Assembly (NCBI GenBank): GCA_944387575.1
Contig: CALXFK010000091.1
Location: 1 to 62,135 of the forward strand
Source: an uncultured Clostridia bacterium
Lineage (GTDB): Bacteria; Bacillota; Clostridia; Oscillospirales; JAAYOS01
DNA: 62,135 bases
Direction of reading: 5' to 3'
Part shown: positions 56,967 to 62,135 of the stretch, piece by piece
How positions within the stretch are numbered: position 1 is the stretch's first letter
Layout of the letters: each line of letters starts with the position of its first letter
Notes under the pieces: generated by a model
Databases searched by the model: none
Told to the model about the DNA's origin: nothing
The model's input: only the letters and a program-made list of their open reading frames with translations
Made by a program: the position numbers and the translations under genes

Positions 56967-56995
56967 CAGGGGAACCTCTTGGTTCCCCTGTTGTT
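56967..56995 (+). terminator. Terminator after tyrS
   Basis: caggggaacc / ggttcccctg 10-bp stem. Confidence 0.65.
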
Positions 56996-57019
56996 ACCCG
57001 CATAAAATGGGGTGAAAAA

Positions 57020-57526
57020 ATGCAGAAAGTACTTGTTATTGGATGCCCGGGCAGTGGAAAAAGTACATTTTCGCGAGCACTAAATAAAATTACTGGGATA
57101 CCGCTGTTCTACCTCGATATGTTGTACTGGAACGCGGACAAGACGGTCGTGACCGGCGAAGTGTTCAGGCAGAGGCTCGAGGAAGTTCTGAAAAATGACC
57201 GCTGGATAATTGACGGAAACTATGCCTCCACACTCGAGCTACGGCTTAAGGAGTGCGACCGTGTGTTTTTTCTAGACTATCCGCTAGAGGTCTGTCTGAG
57301 TGGGATCGAGGCAAGAAAGGGAAAGGAGCGCCCTGATATGCCCTGGATAGAGCCGGAGGGTGAGGAGGACGAGGAGTTCATCGAGTTCATAAAGAACTTT
57401 GAGCACGACAGCAGACCTCAAATTGTTGAACTACTCAACCAGCACACAGACATTGAAATTACCGTATTCAATTGCAGGGGAGACGCGGACAAATATCTTG
57501 AAAAGATCGCCTGCAAAGAGAGATAG
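57020..57526 (+). CDS. Adenylate-kinase-like P-loop protein (FlaR/topology modulation family)
   Basis: IGCPGSGKST, LDMLYW, WIIDGNY, FFLDYP. Confidence 0.85.
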   Translation: MQKVLVIGCPGSGKSTFSRALNKITGIPLFYLDMLYWNADKTVVTGEVFRQRLEEVLKNDRWIIDGNYASTLELRLKECDRVFFLDYPLEVCLSGIEARKGKERPDMPWIEPEGEEDEEFIEFIKNFEHDSRPQIVELLNQHTDIEITVFNCRGDADKYLEKIACKER

Positions 57527-57548
57527 CTTACATAATTTCACGGAAATA

Positions 57549-57603
57549 CAAAGAACAGCGCAGCGTAAAGAATTTGCCTTTACACTGCGCTGTTCTTTGA
57601 TTT
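57549..57603. terminator. Probable bidirectional terminator between the FlaR-like gene and dapB
   Basis: caaagaacagcgcagcgtaaag / ctttacactgcgctgttctttg near-perfect 22-bp stem. Confidence 0.75.
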
Positions 57604-57609
57604 GGTATA

Positions 57610-58374
57610 TCAGGCGAGCATAGTTTCAACAAGCTGTGCCATATTGTAAAGTCCGGGTTGCTTATCTGCCATAAAGGAAATTGCCTTTACGACACCGTTC
57701 GCAAAAACTGCACGGCTCTGTGCGGAGTGGGTCAGTTCAATGACTTCGTCAATACCGGCGAAGAGAACGGTGTGCTCTCCGACAATAGTTCCACCACGAA
57801 CAGAACTTATGCCGATCTCTTTCTTTTCGCGAGGGCGACGGACCGACTGACGCTCATAGACGTACTCCGGAGTATAGGGCAGCGCTTCGCGGACAGCATC
57901 AGCGAGGGCGATGGCAGTGCCGGAGGGGGCGTCTATCTTGCGGTTGTGGTGTTTTTCAATTATTTCGATGTCGTATGCGTCACCGAGTAATGCAGCCGCT
58001 TTTTTCGCAAGCTCACTGATGAGGGCGATCCCGAGCGACATGTTTGCAGAGCGGAACACGGGGATCTTTTCCGCAGCTGAGGCAAGCTCCGCAAGCTGCT
58101 CTTCGCTATGACCAGTAGTGACAACTATGAGTGGGCAGTTGTGACGTATGCACCACTTGATCAACCCATGGAGAGCGGAGGGGTGGGACGCATCAACAAC
58201 TATATCTACATTTCCACCGAACTCGGCGATGTCCGCATATACCGGAAAGGCAGAACGCTTTACAGTATTGATATCAACACCGGCGGCGACTTCGATACTG
58301 TCGTTTGCGGATATGGCGTCCACAATGTTGCTTCCGAGACGTCCGTTACATCCGGAAAGTAAAATTCTTGTCAT
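57610..58374 (-). CDS. dapB: 4-hydroxy-tetrahydrodipicolinate reductase
   Basis: GCNGRLG, TTG, SANMSLG, EKHHNRKIDAPSGTA, RGGTIVGEH. Confidence 0.96.
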   Translation of the reverse strand: MTRILLSGCNGRLGSNIVDAISANDSIEVAAGVDINTVKRSAFPVYADIAEFGGNVDIVVDASHPSALHGLIKWCIRHNCPLIVVTTGHSEEQLAELASAAEKIPVFRSANMSLGIALISELAKKAAALLGDAYDIEIIEKHHNRKIDAPSGTAIALADAVREALPYTPEYVYERQSVRRPREKKEIGISSVRGGTIVGEHTVLFAGIDEVIELTHSAQSRAVFANGVVKAISFMADKQPGLYNMAQLVETMLA

Positions 58375-58403
58375 ATGCACTTCCTAAAAATCCGAAAAGC
58401 TGA

Positions 58404-59291
58404 TTACTTTATAAGTCCGTATTTTACGAGTACGTCTCTGAGCTTCTTTTCATTGTCCGGAGCCATCTCACAGAGGGGCATACGCAGGTGACCGACGTCC
58501 ATTCCCATCATGTTCATTGCGGTTTTGATCGGGATCGGGTTAGTCTCAATGAATAGGGTGTTCATGAGCTCGTAAAGTTTCGTCTGAAGCTGCATTGCTT
58601 CGCTGAACTTTCCGTCGAGGCAGAGCTGTGCGAGCTGTGCGGTCTCGGCGGGCATGATATTCGCGAGGACCGAAATGACGCCAACGCCGCCCATCGACAT
58701 TATCGGAACCGTGGCAGAGTCGTCGCCGCTCCATATGTAGAAATCATCTCCGCAGAGCAGGCGGGTCTGATTTATCAGCTCAATGCTGCCGCTTGCCTCC
58801 TTGACGCCGTTTATGTTCGGGTGCTTTGAGAGCTGACGGTACGCCTCGGCAGTGAAGCCCATGCCGGTTCTTCCCGGGATGTTGTACAGGATTATCGGGA
58901 TACCGACGCGGTCGGCAATATATTCAAAGTGTTTCACAAGACCGCGCTGAGTGGTTTTGTTATAGTAGGGGGTGACCATGAGGAGCGCATCCGCACCGCT
59001 CTTTTCGGCGTTCTGCGACATCATGAGTGCATGCGCGGTGTCATTGGAGCCGGTGCCTGCGATGACCTTGACGCGACCATCCGCCTTTTTGATGGCGTAT
59101 TCCACGGTGGCAAGGTGCTCGGGGATGGTCTGGGTGGAAGCCTCGCCGGTGGTGCCGCAGACGATTATGGCGCTGGTACCGGCAGCTATCTGCTGCTCGA
59201 TGAGCTCGCCGAACTTGACGAAGTCCACAAAGTCATTTGTAAACGGAGTTATGATTGCTACGCCGGAACCGGTAAATACGGGTGTTTTCAT
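58404..59291 (-). CDS. dapA: 4-hydroxy-tetrahydrodipicolinate synthase
   Basis: GTTGE, TPYYNK, LYNIPGRTG, GVKEASG, ETNPIPIK. Confidence 0.97.
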   Translation of the reverse strand: MKTPVFTGSGVAIITPFTNDFVDFVKFGELIEQQIAAGTSAIIVCGTTGEASTQTIPEHLATVEYAIKKADGRVKVIAGTGSNDTAHALMMSQNAEKSGADALLMVTPYYNKTTQRGLVKHFEYIADRVGIPIILYNIPGRTGMGFTAEAYRQLSKHPNINGVKEASGSIELINQTRLLCGDDFYIWSGDDSATVPIMSMGGVGVISVLANIMPAETAQLAQLCLDGKFSEAMQLQTKLYELMNTLFIETNPIPIKTAMNMMGMDVGHLRMPLCEMAPDNEKKLRDVLVKYGLIK

Positions 59292-59309
59292 CGGGGATAC
59301 CTCCTTATA

Positions 59310-60389
59310 TTAGTCCATGTAGCCCTGCGCGCAGAGGAGCTCGGCTGCGAGTACCGCGCCGCCGGCAGCGCCACGAAGGGTGTTGTGTGACAGAGAAACA
59401 AATTTTATATCATACTGCGTGTCGCGGCGGAGACGACCGACCGAGACTGCCATCCCACCTTCGAGCATACGGTCAAGACCGGTCTGTGGGCGGTTGTCCT
59501 CCTCAAAGTAGTGTATGAACTGTTTGGGCGCGCTGGGGAGATTCAGCTCCTGCGGGACGCCACGATAGCTGCTCCAGAGCTCCTTTATCTCGTCAAGGTC
59601 CGGAGTGTTTGCGAACTTTGCGAACACCGCAGCCATGTGACCGTCGCTTACCGGGACACGGATACACTGCGTGGTAATGAGGGGGGAGGTCGCGGTGACT
59701 ATCTCGCCGTCAACTATGCTGCCCCAGACTTTGAGAGGCTCCTTTTCGCTCTTCTCCTCCTCGCCGCTTATGAACGGGATAACATTATCGACCATCTCGG
59801 GCCAACGCTCGAACGTCTTTCCCGCGCCGGATATTGCCTGGTATGTACAGGCGAGCACCGTCTCAAGCCCGAACTTGCGCAGGGGGTGGAGCGCCGGGAC
59901 ATAGCTCTGAATGGAGCAGTTCGACTTGACCGCAATGAATCCGCGCTTTGTACCCATACGCTTGCGGTAGTGCTCTATCACGGCGGTGTGGTCAGGGTTT
60001 ATCTCCGGTATGAGCATAGGAACATCGGCAGTCCACCTATGCGCGGAGTTGTTCGAAACGACAGGGCACTCGCGCAGGGAGTACTGCTCCTCAAGAGCCT
60101 TGATCTCATCCTTCTTCATGTCCACCGCAGAGAATACGAAGTCGACATCGGCGGCGATCTTGTCGATATCGGCAACAGCGTCCATGACGACGATGTTTTT
60201 TACTGACTCTGGAATAGGAGTTGTCATAGCCCAGCGCCCCGAGACCGCCTCCTCATAGGTTTTGCCGGCGGAGCGTTCGGACGCTGCGAGCACAACGGGC
60301 TCAAACCACGGGTGCCCGGCGGTAAGAGTTACAAAGCGCTGACCGACCATGCCGGTGGCGCCGATTATCCCTACCTTATATTTTTTCAT
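59310..60389 (-). CDS. asd: Aspartate-semialdehyde dehydrogenase
   Basis: GATGMVGQRF, SNCS, QAISGAG, RVPVSDGH, HNTLRGAAGG; start at MKKYKV after GGAGG. Confidence 0.95.
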   Translation of the reverse strand: MKKYKVGIIGATGMVGQRFVTLTAGHPWFEPVVLAASERSAGKTYEEAVSGRWAMTTPIPESVKNIVVMDAVADIDKIAADVDFVFSAVDMKKDEIKALEEQYSLRECPVVSNNSAHRWTADVPMLIPEINPDHTAVIEHYRKRMGTKRGFIAVKSNCSIQSYVPALHPLRKFGLETVLACTYQAISGAGKTFERWPEMVDNVIPFISGEEEKSEKEPLKVWGSIVDGEIVTATSPLITTQCIRVPVSDGHMAAVFAKFANTPDLDEIKELWSSYRGVPQELNLPSAPKQFIHYFEEDNRPQTGLDRMLEGGMAVSVGRLRRDTQYDIKFVSLSHNTLRGAAGGAVLAAELLCAQGYMD

Positions 60390-60578
60390 TGCTGCCTCCA
60401 TTTCCTCTGCCGCCACTCATTAGAGGGTTGAAAAAACGACAGACTTCGTAGTATAATATTCAGCGTGGTCGAAAATGAAACACGCGATCGACCGTTTTTG
60501 AGCAACTGCTATACTTTAACTGATATTAACACAATGTCGAATTGTTTGTCAATTGTGCATGGGTATGTAATGGAGCTG

Positions 60579-62135
60579 ATGATGAAGAAATTACTTGCTG
60601 TCGCACTGCTTATTTCGGTGCTTTTTTCCGCAGATGTTTTTGCCCCCAAAACGGCGTTTGCCGATGGTGGAGAAACCGCAGTGGTAGCGGACGGAGTTCA
60701 GACGACCGCTGAGGTCGGAACTGTGTCCGGTCCGGATGAAAATGGTGTGTATACGTTCGGAGAATCGATAGTCAGGTGTGGTCTGTACTACGGGACGAGC
60801 GCGCTCATATCCGCCAACCTCGCAAACGAGGTGGGCTCGGGATACATATTCGGGTACTTCGACTCTTCTAGGAGTTTCCACAGCGTCGGGTACACGGCAT
60901 CCGAGAAGATAACGACGATGAAGGATGCGAACATGTATATGCTTAACGGCGTATACTATGATTCACTGCCGCCGTCTGGTGCAATGACGATAGGCGCCTA
61001 CCACGTGCAGCGTCCCGAGACGTTTGCGTCTTACGACGAGGCTCTCGCGTTTGCGGGCACTGTTGCCGATGCATTTCCGGCATATATAGACGGGAAGTGG
61101 GTGGTACGCTGCGGGAGTTACACATCTCTTGACGCAGCCTCGGCTGATGCGCAGGCGATTGGTGGAAGCGCGGTCGGCGGGAGCAAGACCTGCTGTACCG
61201 TGACAATAACCGCGACCGGGCAGATACTGTTTGAGTTCGACATGTCGGGGGAGTACTACATAGGTATTATGCCGACAGGGGCGGACAAGCCGGTGACCTG
61301 GTTCAAGAACATAAAGTACTACGGCTGCTTTGAATACCGCCGCACCGGTACGGATATAAATGTTATTAACGTTATAATGGTCGGCGACTACGTCAAGGGC
61401 GTTGTTCCTTACGAAATGGGTACCAACTGGCCCGCAGAGGCTATGAAGGCTCAGGCGGTCTGTGCTGCAAGTTTTGCGCGCCGCAACCGCAACAAACACA
61501 GCAGTCTCGGATTTGACGTCTGTAACACGACCTGCTGCCAGGTCTATTACGGGCTGAAAAATTCGTCCGACGCCTGCAACGCCGCTTGCGACGCGGTTCG
61601 AGGTCTTGGGCTATATTATGGGGACGAGCTGTGCAACACGGTCTACCACTCCTCCAATGGAGGGTCGACCGAGGCGGCGGTAAACGTGTGGTCGACCGAT
61701 TACCCGTATTTGCAGCCAGTCAGCGACACCTATGAGGATCTCGAGAAGGCGTCGTACGGACACTGGAGCGAAACGTATACAGGCAAGGAGATACAGTGGA
61801 TACTTAACGCGAAGAACTATTCGATTGGAGAGGTCGTTCAGGCTTACGTCTCCGAGTATACCGACGCCGGAAACGTGTACAGCGTGACATTTGTAGATGC
61901 GTCGGGCAAGAAGCTCACGTTCAGCAAGGAGGCTGCGCGCACGATACTCTCGAGTTCAACTCTCGACAAGTACACCCGTAGCCAGCGGTACACGATAGTA
62001 TCGTCGGCGGGGTCGCTTGACATTTGTGTCAACAGCGGTTCGAATGTGCACACGGTAACGAGCGGGACGATGGTGATAGGTTCGGGTGGGAATATTTCGC
62101 AGATAGCCAACTCAGACGAGATATACATGATAACT
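60579..62135 (+). CDS. Secreted SpoIID/LytB-domain lytic transglycosylase, 3' truncated by window edge
   Basis: Absent from the ORF track because it runs off the end; MMKKLLAVALLISVLF signal peptide; INVIN, YVKGVVPYEM, AMKAQAV, GFDVCNTTCCQVY, YHSSNGGSTE. Confidence 0.88.
   Translation, partial: MMKKLLAVALLISVLFSADVFAPKTAFADGGETAVVADGVQTTAEVGTVSGPDENGVYTFGESIVRCGLYYGTSALISANLANEVGSGYIFGYFDSSRSFHSVGYTASEKITTMKDANMYMLNGVYYDSLPPSGAMTIGAYHVQRPETFASYDEALAFAGTVADAFPAYIDGKWVVRCGSYTSLDAASADAQAIGGSAVGGSKTCCTVTITATGQILFEFDMSGEYYIGIMPTGADKPVTWFKNIKYYGCFEYRRTGTDINVINVIMVGDYVKGVVPYEMGTNWPAEAMKAQAVCAASFARRNRNKHSSLGFDVCNTTCCQVYYGLKNSSDACNAACDAVRGLGLYYGDELCNTVYHSSNGGSTEAAVNVWSTDYPYLQPVSDTYEDLEKASYGHWSETYTGKEIQWILNAKNYSIGEVVQAYVSEYTDAGNVYSVTFVDASGKKLTFSKEAARTILSSSTLDKYTRSQRYTIVSSAGSLDICVNSGSNVHTVTSGTMVIGSGGNISQIANSDEIYMIT

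Noticed and set aside
1-62135. Mobile elements, prophage, tRNA/rRNA, recoding or an alternative genetic code
   Set aside because: No transposase, integrase or phage motifs and no tRNA-like sequence seen; recognised genes read through intact under the standard bacterial code

Overview
Core chromosomal region of an endospore-forming Clostridia-class Firmicute (Oscillospiraceae/Ruminococcaceae-like by gene content; taxon is inference). It holds about 54 CDS in familiar operons: dacB-rluB-rpiR-HI0933-cmk-plsC-ispH/rpsA; an SLH-anchored phosphodiester glycosidase; a heterodimeric ABC exporter; prs-yfbR-mntP with a yybP-ykoY riboswitch; spoIIP; T-box thrS; asp23-fakA-recG; a yhaO/yhaN-like pair; typA; degV-pbp1A; pspA-arsR; an accessory thuA-lacI-SBP-double carboxylesterase block; spoIIIAC-AH; asp23-nusB-tsaD-like-xseAB-ispA-dxs-tlyA-nadK-argR-recN-tyrS; asd-dapA-dapB; and a partial SpoIID/LytB-domain gene. 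I saw no tRNA, rRNA, CRISPR array, transposase or phage gene. The most notable unannotated signals are regulatory. (1) A 36-codon leader ORF with a five-segment mutually exclusive RNA switch upstream of the ABC exporter, a candidate ribosome-stalling attenuator. (2) A thrS terminator that also occludes the spoIIP RBS and overlaps a sigmaE-like promoter. (3) An internal promoter and RBS for stand-alone S1 inside the ispH-rpsA fusion. (4) Switch-like leaders before the esterases and before nusB. All assignments come from reading motifs and base-pairing by eye; no searches or folding calculations were run.
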